Below are positions 52,424 through 64,000 of a stretch of DNA of 64,000 nt, one piece after another; the first letter of the stretch is position 1; each line of letters begins with the position of its first letter. The notes under the pieces were generated by a model, which worked only from the letters and a program-made list of their open reading frames with translations, was not told where the DNA came from and ran no database searches. Source of the stretch: Gekko japonicus (taxonomy: Eukaryota); contig NW_015169173.1 in assembly GCF_001447785.1 (NCBI RefSeq), forward strand, positions 959,182 to 1,023,181, read 5' to 3'. The translations under genes and the position numbers were made by a program.

Positions 52424-55400
52424 TCACACAGGGAGTCTCCAGACCTCCAAAGATAGACCACCTGAGGCAGCAACAGCTATGTTCCCTGCAACGCTGACCT
52501 GCAAAAGAAAAGGAGAGGGAAAGTGGGTGCGTAATTAGTCCAGCAGATGGTGCTAATCTCACTGAAGTCACATATACTTGGGTGCCTAACCTCACAGGAA
52601 AAAGGTCGCTGCAGATGCTTCCGCCCACAACCTCCTCCGATTCTAAGTGCTCCCTGGTTCCCAGGTAGGGCTCTAACAGCATTGCTATTCCCCATCCAAT
52701 TGTTCTTACCCCACTTAGCATGCAACTGTGCGTCCGTGAACAGATAGCCTTTGGTGGATCTGTGGGAATATGGATCTGGGAAGAGAAAGTCAAAGGATCC
52801 AGGGCTTGAAGCTGGAAGACTGACAGGAATAGGTTACTTTATCATAGGAAATACAAAGACAGAAACGGGGGAAACAGCAGATGAGTCCCCCATCACAAAA
52901 GGGCTGAGCCAGGGCAACTAGGACAGAGCTCAGCTCCATAAAAGGGTACGAGACTGATGAAGACACGGAGTATACTCTGAAGGCATCAGCCTGTAAACAG
53001 GGACAAGGAAGCCAGCTTAAGGTGGCCCTTGCTCTCCTTCATGATTTCCATTTTAAGCCATTAGTCCTCACTCTCCTTTCACAATTCACAACTGAGCCAA
53101 GGGCCATCCTTCTTGCTGTACAAAGTTGAGAAGGACAATAATGAAATTAAGCGTTGCTCCAGCACATACATGATGAGAAGGTACCCTGGACCTAAGCCTG
53201 TCTACGGGTCACAGATCCGTAACTTAGGGACAACGCTTACACGCAGTGTCTTGTCCGTGGAAGCTGTGTACAGAGCGCCCAGTGAGTATTGGACTCCAGT
53301 GATCTGAGAACGATGGCCAACATCAAAGTGCTGCAGAGAGAAGAAACAGTGAGGCACTGAATGTGCCAAGGCAGCCAACACAAGCACGCTTGCCTCACCT
53401 TACTGAACCTGCACTGTCCATAGCAAGGTCCTTTCATTTTGAGGAAACAGCTTTCTAGTTTAGTTCTAGCTTCTGTTGCGGCTGGCAAAACAAAACTACC
53501 CCAACTGTTCAAAACTCATGATATTTCTACTCTGAATCTTAGAAGTGTTCTGAAATACAGCTACAATCAACTTCAAGCAGTATATTATCTACACTTACGG
53601 AGGCACAACTTACTTTGTGGGTGGCAATGACAAGCCTACCATCCTTCCCTGCCTCCCAGAGATCCACGTTCTCCCAGCATACCCTTACGTGCTGAAAGCT
53701 GTCCCCTCGGTTTTGAAACACATACAGCAGTCCATAGTTGTCTCCAGCCCACAGCTGACAACCCTGGTATGACATGCTGAGGAGATAGGAGTCCAGCTAG
53801 GGAAGAAAATAAACTGATGTCACTGCCAAAAGTAGGAATAACGAAGGTGTACCAAATATCTGCAGGTAATTTAGTAAAGCAATGAGATCAAGCCACACAA
53901 AGTAAATGATGCTCAGAAATGCCTGCCAATATGAACTTGGGGAAATCCTGACACTAAAAATGACAACCAGCATGATTCTGAAGAAAATGGAAGACCTTCT
54001 CTCTACAGGGGACAATACTCAGAATAGGGAACAGATGGGTGAGAGCACAAGTAAATACTACTACACGTATTCTTTTTGGCCAAACCGCAGCTGCAGTGCC
54101 TTTGAACAATACAAACAACAGCTGCCAAGCTGGACACAATAGAGACGGAGCTTTGTCTTATGATACAACCCTTCCACAAGCTCAGAAGTAATCCAATCAG
54201 GGTGGTAGCTAGCATGGGGCGCACAGGGCGATGCCCCCTCCTGAATTCTCAATGCCCCCCAGCCCAAAGATCCTTGCCGCTTGCAGACTCATAGACAGAG
54301 GGGGTGGCAGGGACTAGCAGGGGACACCCTGCTTCCCTTATGGGAGCCTAGTGGCCGCTGCCTTTCAACACAGCTTGGCGCGCACACCCCGCCCTGTCAG
54401 GAAGGAGGGAGGCCAGGCACAAGTGGCATGCTGGCGGGGGGGGGGGGGGGGGGGGGGCGTACTCGCTCTCCTCACTGTCGGGCACCTCCCTTCTTCTTTC
54501 TACCCCACCCCCTCCATCCAGTGTCCCCCAAAAACTTGTCTAGCTATGGGGCTGAATCCAACATCCAAATTTAGAAAGGAAAGCCAAAAATTCTCATTAC
54601 AAATTCAAGAGAAAACATGCACAAACTGGGCTCTCTCCCATGGAATGTTTGGAATGTTTGGCTATTCAAGAGAAAACATGCACAAACTGGGCTCACTCCC
54701 ATGGAATGTTTGGCTGTCCTCATTAGGAAAATGAGACTCCTAGATCTCTCACACACCTGCAGCCTCTGGAGGACACTGTTGGCCCGTCTGTCAAAAAACA
54801 CTACTGTCCGATCCTCACTGCCAGAGATGATGAAGCGCTCGTCAGCTGCAAGGGACAGGACTGCACTGGAATGGAGCTTGCGGCTCTTTACGAGGGGTTG
54901 AGAAGCTGTAGGAGAGGGTCCAAGGGACACATCACAAGAGCACAGTCACTGACAACAGAGCTTCACAAAACTAATGGCTTGATCAGCTGACACCTCACAC
55001 ATGGTCTCTCCCTAGCGGGTCACAGTACTCCAGTTGACATCACGTTCTTTTCACTGGGAAGCAACCACAAGCAGAAGAGAGGATAGAGCTTCCTCTGGGT
55101 GAACTTTGGCGAGCTCTTCCCAACTAATCTGGGGCTAGCCTACTGTCATACAATAGACATTGTTACCTTTTCCTAGCCCAAGCAAGCGCACTTAAGAGCC
55201 ACTGTCTTCCCACATTAAATTTCCTACTTAAGAAAGCAGTGTGATAGGGTTGAATGCCAACTATGCACATTGTCTTAATGCAAAAGGACCTGGCTGGAAG
55301 GGACACACCTCTGCCTTTTCTAACCATCTGTGTTTGTCTTTCTCCTTCCCATTGAAGAAATAAATAGCTTCTCTCTATACCCTCAGCTGCATCAGCTACT

Positions 55401-58400
55401 TGCAACTGAGCCTGTGTTTACCAAGCTCCTAATTCAAGCTGGGCAGATTTTGTGTTCAATCTTAACTGACTGAAGGGAATGGGTGGATGGGGAGGGGGAA
55501 TGAAAGGGACAGAAAGTAAAAGGACAACACAAGGAGAAAACACACCGTGGAGTTCCTTTCCAAGATATCGAATGAAAGGCACTGAAACAAGGTTGTGACA
55601 GATCAGGGCACCAGTACCACTGACAACAGATGGCACTAACCTCGTGGGTCATATACTGTCACCTTCTTGTCATAGGTTCCTGTGACAAGGATGTCAGGCA
55701 GGTAAGAAAGGCACAACACAGCTGCTTTCCCTCTAGGATGAGAAGGAAAAATCAGGTGAAGGCACAGAATGCCCACTTTAAAGTCAACAAACCTCTGCTC
55801 AGCCACAGTTCTGCTTGTCGTGGATTACAAGGCTAGTGCCCTACGGGTGTCAGCTCGAGCAAAAGCCTTAATGTCTCTCAATATTGCCTGAGAACCCAGA
55901 ATACTGAGATGGGTCCCTTTATTCAGTGGAGCATGCAGCAAAATTCCAGGTTCTGCCGTTCTTATTTTAGATCCCCCAAGTACAACCCTCAGGAAAAGTT
56001 GCTAGGGCAACATTACCTGATTTCTCCGAACTGCTGCCCATCAGCAGCTATGTCCCAAAGCTTCACTGTACTGTCCCAGGAGCCTGAGCACACCCGGTTG
56101 TCTCTCGTAGCCAGCGACCAGACCCATCCCTAACAGCAAAAGAGTTAAGATCTACGTCAGCACTCTCTCCAACTCTTTAGAAGCAACACAATCTCATTCC
56201 AGTGGCACACAAAAAAAACACGTGGCCATTCCTTTCACCTACATCTTATTAACAGTAACTGCTCTAAAGCCGGGAATAGTTCCACATAATATGAACAGAC
56301 CTAGTGCTGACAGCCACCATGATGCAGTGGTTACGGTACTGCAGGGACCAGGGGCTCAAGGCCATGAAGCTCACAGGGTGCCCCCTGGGCCAGCCACACA
56401 TTCACAGCCTGACCTACCACACAGGGCTGTTATAAGGACAAAACAGAGGAGAGAAGAACCATGNNNNNNNNNNNNNNNNNNNNNNNNNNNNNNNNNNNNN
56501 NNNNNNNNNNNNNNNNNNNNNNNNNNNNNNNNNNNNNNNNNNNNNNNNNNNNNNNNNNNNNNNNNNNNNNNNNNNNNNNNNNNNNNNNNNNNNNNNNNNN
56601 NNNNNNNNNNNNNNNNNNNNNNNNNNNNNNNNNNNNNNNNNNNNNNNNNNNNNNNNNNNNNNNNNNNNNNNNNNNNNNNNNNNNNNNNNNNNNNNNNNNN
56701 NNNNNNNNNNNNNNNNNNNNNNNNNNNNNNNNNNNNNNNNNNNNNNNNNNNNNNNNNNNNNNNNNNNNNNNNNNNNNNNNNNNNNNNNNNNNNNNNNNNN
56801 NNNNNNNNNNNNNNNNNNNNNNNNNNNNNNNNNNNNNNNNNNNNNNNNNNNNNNNNNNNNNNNNNNNNNNNNNNNNNNNNNNNNNNNNNNNNNNNNNNNN
56901 NNNNNNNNNNNNNNNNNNNNNNNNNNNNNNNNNNNNNNNNNNNNNNNNNNNNNNNNNNNNNNNNNNNNNNNNNNNNNNNNNNNNNNNNNNNNNNNNNNNN
57001 NNNNNNNNNNNNNNNNNNNNNNNNNNNNNNNNNNNNNNNNNNNNNNNNNNNNNNNNNNNNNNNNNNNNNNNNNNNNNNNNNNNNNNNNNNNNNNNNNNNN
57101 NNCATGCAGTGATGCATACATCTGCACAGTTCATTTTGAATGCAGTATCTGGAATAACTGAGCAAAGAACTCAGGGTGTTAAGCAGCAAGGAAAGGAGTC
57201 ATGGGTGCAGTATAGGCAAGAGCAGAAAGAGCTCTGCAGGACACAGCTGAATCTTCGACAGTTGCTAACCGGAAAACTTTTATTTTCTTTTTATTTTATT
57301 TATTTATTTATTGTTCGATTTATATCCCGCCCTCCCCAGAACGGGCTCAGAGCGGCTAACAATTAGGGCACAAAGCCAAGATTAAAACAGGGCACGAAGC
57401 CATGATTAAAACACTAAAAACAATAAAACAATCCACTAATACATAAAGTGCAGGTGCTCTAGATGTCGCTACAGTCTTCTAGGTGTCACTTCAATCCTCA
57501 ATTCCAAGATGGGTTCTGGCAAAATAAGCCCAGAACAACAGCGTAAGTTCCGTAACAACACTGCCATCCAATCTTTGTCCCAGGGCCGTCTTGCACCTCG
57601 GTGGTACTCACACCATTTATGGTGGCGGTGCGATGGTGGTACAGTGGCAGCAGCGGCTCCTACTCAAAAGCCTGGCGGAAGAGCTCCATCTTGCACGCCA
57701 TGCGGAACTGCGCAAGGTCCCACAGGGCCCGGATCTCCTCCGGGAACTCATTCCACCAGGTAGGAGCCGCCACCAAAAAGGCCCTGGCCCTGGTCGCAGC
57801 GAATTTGATATCTCTGGGGTCTGGGGTCACCAAAAGATGTTGGGCCCCCAACCGTAGTGCCCTTGGGGGAACATATGGGGAAAGGTGGTCCCTTAGATTT
57901 GCCAGACCCTGGCCATGTAGGGCTTTAAAGGTAAGACCCAGCACTTTGAAGCAGATCCGTACGCTATTGGCAGCCAGTGCAGTGCTTTCAGCACAGGCCG
58001 GATATGGTCCCCCCTAGAGAGACCCATCAACAGCCTGGCTGCCGCATTCTGCACTAGCTGCAGCTTCCAGATTAGCGACAAAGACAGCCCCATGTAGAGA
58101 GTGTTACAGTAGTCCAACCTCGAGGTGACCGTCGTATGGATCACTGTGGCCAGGTCTTCGCGGTCAAGGAAGGGGACCAACTGCTGTGCCAGCCGAAGAT
58201 GGTAGAAGGCCGACTTGGCAGTGGCTGCTACCTAGGCCTCCATCGTTAAAGAGGAGTCCAGGAGCACACCCAAACTCCTAACCCCCAAGACTGGCACCAG
58301 AGGTGCCCCATCAACGGTCAGGACGGAGAGGGAGCCCCAACCCCGAACCAACCCAAGCCCAGGACCTCCGTCTTCGCCGGGTTTAGTTTCAGCCGACTCA

Positions 58401-61400
58401 GTCTGAGCAAACCAGCCACAGCTTGCAATGCCCGATGAAGGTCATCTGGGTCAGAGTTTGACCAGCCGCCCAGCATCAGATAGAGCTGGGTGTCATCCTC
58501 ATATTGATGACACCCAAGCCCATAACTCCAGGCAATCTGGGCAAGGGGGCGCATGTAGATGTTAAACAACATCGGGGACAGCACCGCCCCCTGAGGCACC
58601 CCACAATCAAGAGGGCGCCTCTGGGACCGCTGATCCCCTATCACCCCCCTTTGTCCCCGGCCTTGAAGAAAAGAGGCAAACCACTGTAGGGCAAGCCCCT
58701 GAATCCTGTCAGCGAGGTGGTGGGTCAGCAACTGGTGGTTCGCCATATCAAATGTGGCCAACAGATCTAACAACAACAGTGCTGCCACACCATCTCAATC
58801 CAGATGCATTCGGAAGTTGTCAGTCAGGGCAACCAACGCCGCCTCCGCCCCGTGACCTGGGCGAAAGCTGGAATGGAAAGGATCTAGGACTGAAGCATCC
58901 TCCAGAAAGCCCTGTAGCTGTATCGCCACCGCCCTCTCGATAAGTTTGCCCAAATAGGGCAAATTGGACACCGGCCGATAGTTGGCCAATTCAGCCAGGT
59001 CCAGAGATGGTTTTTTCAAGAGAGGGCGGACCATCACTTCCTTGAGTGCTCCGGGGAACCACCCCTCTGAAAGGGACGTTGATAATCTCCCGCAAAGCAA
59101 CTCGAAGCCCATCGTGGCCTGCCTTAATAAGCCAGGATGAGCACGGATCAAGGTTGCACATGGTTGGACGTACAGATACGAGCAATCTGTCAACTTTGTC
59201 CAGGCTGAGTAGGCCGAAACGCTCTAAACCCGAAGCCGAAGACGTGCAAGGGGCCTCGAGTTCGCTCACTGTTTCAATTGTGGTGGGGAGGTCATGGCGG
59301 AGCACCATGACTTTATCTACAAAATAGCTTGCAAATGCCTCACAGCCAATGTCCAATTCCCTAACGTTTTGCCTGCCCTGTGGCAGAGCTGTCAAAGACC
59401 GGATCGTTCTAAACAATTGGGCTGGGCATGAGCTCGCAGATGCAATCTCGGCTGCATAGAACTCCCTCTTTGCGGCCTTGACTGCCATCTCATAGGATCT
59501 CATAAGCGTCCTATAAGATGCTCTTGACGCCTCGTCACGAGCACGACACCACCGTCTCTCTAGCCATCTCAGTTCTTGCTTCAGATGCCGCAACTCCTGG
59601 GTATACCAGGGTGCTCGCCGAGTGCGAAGAGGGCACCTGGGAGCGATCTCGTCAATGGCTGTGGAGAGCCGACCATGCCAGTCCTCCACCAGCTCATCCA
59701 ACGAGCCGCCAGGGGGCCTCGGATCCCACAGGGCCATCTGGAACCACACAGGGTCCATTTGGCTCCATGGGCAAGCAAAAATCCACTCGCCGCCTACACA
59801 GGGTTGGGGTGGGACATTCAGGTGGGCCTTCAGTCCCTGGTGGTCCGACCATGGCACTGCATCCGCAGTGATCCGGTCCACCATCACCCCCACCACGAAG
59901 ATCATATCAAGCATGTGACCGGCCCGATGCGTGGGAGGCGATACAAGTTGAGAGAGTCCCAGCGCCGCCATGGACGACACTAGGTCCGTAGCCCAGCTGA
60001 AGGTCGCGTCCTCGGCATGGACGCTGAAATCCCCCAACACAATAAGCCTTGGGTGCTCCAACGCCCAGCCTGATATGGCCTCCAGCATGGACGGCAAGCT
60101 ATTGGCCGGTGCGGTAGGCGGTCGATACACTAGCCAAATCGCCAAACTCTCCTCAGCCTCCAGCATCAAGCTGACACATTCCACGCCCGCGATCTCCACG
60201 GACGGAGGCGCCCGGAAGGAGTAAGCCTCCCAAATGAAAATCGCCACTCCCCCCCCCCCCCCCTCACCCCCCACGATTGGTGGAGGACCGAGAAACCCGG
60301 TGGGGCAAGCTGGGTAAGAGCTACCGTCTCCCCATGCCGCACCCAGCTCTCGGTCACGCACGCCAGGTCTGCCTGTTGTTCCATCACAAAATCCCAAAGG
60401 ATTGTGGTCTTGTTGTTAATGGACCTGACGTTGGACAGCACCAATGACGGAGCGGGGTTTTCACTCCTGGCCCCACTGCCGGCCACCCTTGGGATGGGGC
60501 GTAGGCTGGAAGGGTGCTAAGCCATTCTGTTTCTCCACGTCCTTCCCTTACTTTTCAAACTGACTGCAGCAAGCTCAAAGTCTGGCAGTTTTTTAAAGGC
60601 AGTCACTGCACCCTGCTCACCATCAGTGTTCCCTCTAAGCTGAGTTAGTGTGAGCTAGCTCACAGTTTTTTAGCTTCCAGCTCACAAATTTTTGTCTTAG
60701 CTCAGGAAGGATGGCTCCAGCGCAAAGTAATTGATGCAGTAGCCAAACCGCTTGCTCACAGCTTTAATGCCGGTAGCTCACAAAGTAGAATTTTTGTTCA
60801 CAAGATCCCACAGCTTAGAGGGAACATTGCTCACCATGTAGAACAACACATCTTAAAGGTGAGAGCATCAGCCCTCTATTCCAAAAGAAATTGAATGGTC
60901 CTATGGCAAGTCCGATCTCGTCAGATCCCAGAAGCTAAGCAGGGCTGACCCTGGGAAGTACTTGGATGGAAGACCTCCAAGGAATACCAGGGCCAGGACA
61001 CAGAGGCAGGCAATAGCAGGCAAAAGCCACCTCTCGGAAACGTCCAAGCCCGACTAGGGGTCGCCGGAAGTCAACCATGACTTCCAGGCACATAAAAAAA
61101 ATACAAAAAGAAGGAAGGAAGGAAGGAAGGAAGGAAGGAAGGAAGGAAGGAAGGAAGGAAGGAAGGAAGGAAGGAAACACAGTGGGTTAGAACAAGAATC
61201 TCTACTGTCAGTCTGACTGGTTTAATTCTGGAAAAAAGGCCCCTTCCATGCAAATTACCACAGAGATATTTTCACAAACCCAAAGGCAGCAGCATTCAGG
61301 CTCTTGACTGGCCACATACTCATGGAAGGACATATGTCAAAAAGTAATATTGCACTACTACAGCAGCACAGAAATTTAGCAGCTTTTACCTGAAGGAGGA

Positions 61401-61529
61401 GGACAGAGTCAACTGAAGCAAAGTGCCCATCAGCTAGCGAAAAGTACTCTGTATTCTTGCCATCCTCTGCCCATTGCTGGAGATGTTCCTCTAGTTCAAT
61501 GCAAGCAGCTGGCCAGTTAAAGTCATCAT
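52424..61529 (-). CDS. FBXW9: FBXW9, partial. Visible exons 61390-61529, 56017-56129, 55641-55732, 54757-54905, 53683-53796, 53241-53330, 52710-52775, 52424-52498. Exon 1 is beyond the window and exon 3 is not seen (probably in the N gap)
   Basis: Translates [14 protein letters not shown]...VDSVLLLQ; [26 protein letters not shown]; [26 protein letters not shown]; [25 protein letters not shown]; [11 protein letters not shown]; ...[12 protein letters not shown]. All splice sites are canonical and phases are consistent. Confidence 0.92.
56464..57101. other. Assembly gap
   Basis: Run of N. Confidence 1.
57280..60540 (-). mobile_element. Near full-length ORF2 of a degenerate L2-clade LINE in an FBXW9 intron
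   Basis: APE endonuclease ([29 protein letters not shown]) and RT ([42 protein letters not shown]), then SRLDYCN and a 3' (AATA)n tail. Multiple frameshifts. Confidence 0.93.
60624..60829. mobile_element. hAT MITE with an 8-bp target-site duplication
   Basis: TIRs CAGTGTTCCCTCTAAGCTG...CAGCTTAGAGGGAACATTG, flanked by CTCACCAT on both sides. Confidence 0.9.
60902..61105 (+). mobile_element. 5S rRNA-derived SINE with a LINE-like tail
   Basis: CCGATCTCGTCAGATCCCAGAAGCTAAGCAGGG...GTACTTGGATGGAAGACC...GGAATACC matches the 5S internal control region. It is followed by a non-5S tail and an A-rich end. Confidence 0.8.
61109..61176 (+). repeat. (GGAA)n microsatellite
   Basis: Perfect GAAG/GGAA array following the SINE tail. 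Confidence 0.97.
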
Positions 61530-61749
61530 CTACAGAGACATGGATGGGGCATAAAGGAATCCATATTTTCCTTTAGGCTATGCAGGACAATCTCAAGCAA
61601 TGCAAGCAAATTTTGTTTATAGTGGTTATGCACAAGTATTCTCAGAGTATACAGTAGATATGCACAAGTATTCTCAAAGCCATTTACAAAGAAAAAAAGT
61701 AACACAACTGATCTATCTAGTTTCCTAAAATGACAGGAACATGTCTTAG

Positions 61750-64000
61750 ATAAGGTTGTTATATAAGTGGAGTGATTTAATAGCCCTGAGGAGCTTCCAT
61801 TCCCGCTTAATTAGCATGAAAACATCCAATATACACGGTGGTTCTTTTGCAAAAAAAAAAAAAAATCCTATGAAAAATCTATAAAAGTCAGAGGACAGCC
61901 TAAATTACAGTAAATCATCAGAGATGATAATAAAACTAGACTACAGTAAATCATCAGAGATGATAATAAAAGGATTTGGATGCCTCAGTGAAACAGCCCA
62001 CAGACTTGAACATGATGAAGAAAAAGAATGAGAAGAAATGAGGAGGAATTCAGACATTTGTTCTCCATTAAAACCAGACAAGCAGCTGCGTACAGATAAC
62101 AACCTACCAACAAAAGAATTAGTAAGTGATCTTTCTAATTTTTTTCTCTCCTAACAAATACAAAGCTCTGGACTCGGACAGTGAGCCAACTATCCATAAA
62201 TTGTCACCTCTTTAAAGCTGATGAACTTATAAGGGAGACTAGATTAGCAGACTCACAACCACCTTGTTCAGCTTCCTCAGAGATGAAAGACAATTCCTTA
62301 GAGAGTGGGTGGCATGAGCAAGACCCACTAAGAAATTTTCTGCCTAAGTTCATCGGAGACCACTGCCTTCTTACTGACGAAACTGTTGCGGCTAATTTTA
62401 AGCAATTAAATAGCACTGCTAATAAACTTGACCACCTTAGGCAAAACTTCAATGCCTCAATTCCAGAGAACTTGAACCCCTTCCCCCACCACCACCACAC
62501 AAGGGAGAGAAGCTTTAATTGTACCAAAAATAAATAACAAACCTCCTGGCTCAAGAACACAGGACATGCAGCTTCCCACTGACAGGGGAACAAACAGTGA
62601 AGAAGCCAGAAAGCTGGGTCACAGATTGCAAAACCATCAAATTGCATTATTTATTAAACATAATTTTGTGAACCGGGGGCGTTGGATAAATAAAAGATCA
62701 ATTCTCTACTCCCTGAGCCAACTTCTGCATATAGAAATTTGTCATATTGACCTTGAGAGAGTTGAAAGACTCCCAAACACACCTTCTGGGAGGAGAGTTC
62801 TCCTAACTTTCAGCCAGCCAATAATTCCCTCAGTGCTTTTTTATCCGCCTTTAAAATCTTTACAACCAGAGCCTTCATAGATGAAGCTGTTCGGACGTTA
62901 ATTCCAGGGACTACAAGTAGGAAAGCTCCCACTTATGGCCTTGAATCTAGAGCTCTTCTTAACACAACTGGCAATGACCCAAGCTTACTCCAGAATGCGG
63001 ACAAATGATTGCATTATCAGCATGTGCAAGATCAAGGTGCCAGATAAAATAGAACAGCTGCATCCTGCAAACTCTCCAAAAACATCTCCTTTGGGGGAAC
63101 AAACAAACATTTCTTCTACATTGGAGAAACTGAAGAACTCACTCCAGCTCCTTCATACTTCAGTTGAGCCTCTTAATTTATTTCTCCCTGTGAGACGACC
63201 GTCCAACTATAAGCCAAAGACTTGAGCCTATAGCCTGATTTGATCTTCCCTGTGACCAACATTGACAACAGTTCCCAGCTCTCTTATGACCTTGGTAAGT
63301 CGATATTCATTTCCACCCCATCAAAGGTGCTAACTCCAACTTTACTGCCTATAAAGTTAATGCATCAAAGGGTTGGCAGCAGAACATCTCAAGTAAAGAC
63401 TAGTAAACCCTCACAGGAGCCTCCTATTATACAAAGCAAAGACCAAAGAATCTCTACGGAAGTCCCAGAAGGACAGCTGAGTCCTGAAAGCTCTGGCATA
63501 GTGGAGTGTGAGAGTAAATCAAAGGCTGGGAGGAAAGCAAAGAGCAAGAAGCTCAGGGAGATGTTGGAGAGATTTTCTGCAATATGTCAGGAAGAATATG
63601 TCAACAAGATGCATCGGATCTATCACAGTTCATCTGAAGAAACATGTAAAGAATTGGAATTCTTAGTGAACTAATAATGGATTTGCCGGCAAGCTTCCTG
63701 GGTATCCATTTCCAGCCTTGGAGAGGTGGTTGGGGAGCCCAGTGGGGGTTTCTACCTCCTCCAGGGTCCACCCAGTGCAGCCTAGACACACCACACGCCT
63801 AATGACATCTTACATGCAGCTGCTGGTACCATCGCCGAGCAACCGCGGCCTCTCCACTGACTCCCTTGTTCGACTGCGAATGTGGAAGACCTGCCGAGTG
63901 GGAACCAGGAGATCGAGGAGTGGGGCCTATAAAAAACAAGGACTAAGAAAAGAACCCTTACCAGCAAGACAGCGGGGAGGAAATAAGAGGGCTCAGAAGG
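61750..64000 (+). mobile_element. Probable degenerate LINE 5'/ORF1 region in FBXW9 intron 1
   Basis: A-rich coding-like strand with a chain of broken + strand ORFs (62181-63674). No diagnostic motif recognised. Confidence 0.35.

Noticed and set aside
56222-57366. Long ORFs across the N run
   Set aside because: Artefacts of translating the assembly gap.
60902-61000. 5S rRNA gene
   Set aside because: It lacks the 5S 5' end, is diverged, and continues into a SINE tail rather than a T-run terminator.

Overview
Eukaryotic genomic DNA, almost certainly from a squamate and probably a gecko (inferred from Sauria SINE, 5S-headed SINE, TAGGGTTGCCA-type hAT MITEs and DIRS/L2/Penelope-like relics). The window holds a block of genes that is syntenic with human 19p13: STX10 exon 1 (-), IER2 (+), WDR83OS (-) and WDR83 (+) head-to-head, GNG14 (+) and FBXW9 (-). 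Several of these intron-containing, in-place genes are decaying. STX10 has lost its ATG. WDR83OS has two frameshifts in exon 1 and no detectable exon 2. WDR83 has a GT>AT donor mutation, an 8-nt frameshifting deletion and a codon deletion. The last exon of GNG14 is tandemly duplicated. IER2 and all visible FBXW9 exons stay intact. This pattern fits a non-recombining Y/W gametolog region or a decaying segmental duplicate. The second highlight, in STX10 intron 1, is a rearranged Gypsy (Gmr1/SCAN-type) LTR element that has captured a spliced KHDRBS1 (Sam68) KH-domain cDNA in frame with gag-protease, flanked by a 46-bp duplication. Gene identities and orthologue exon lengths come from my recall of human sequences, not from a database search.
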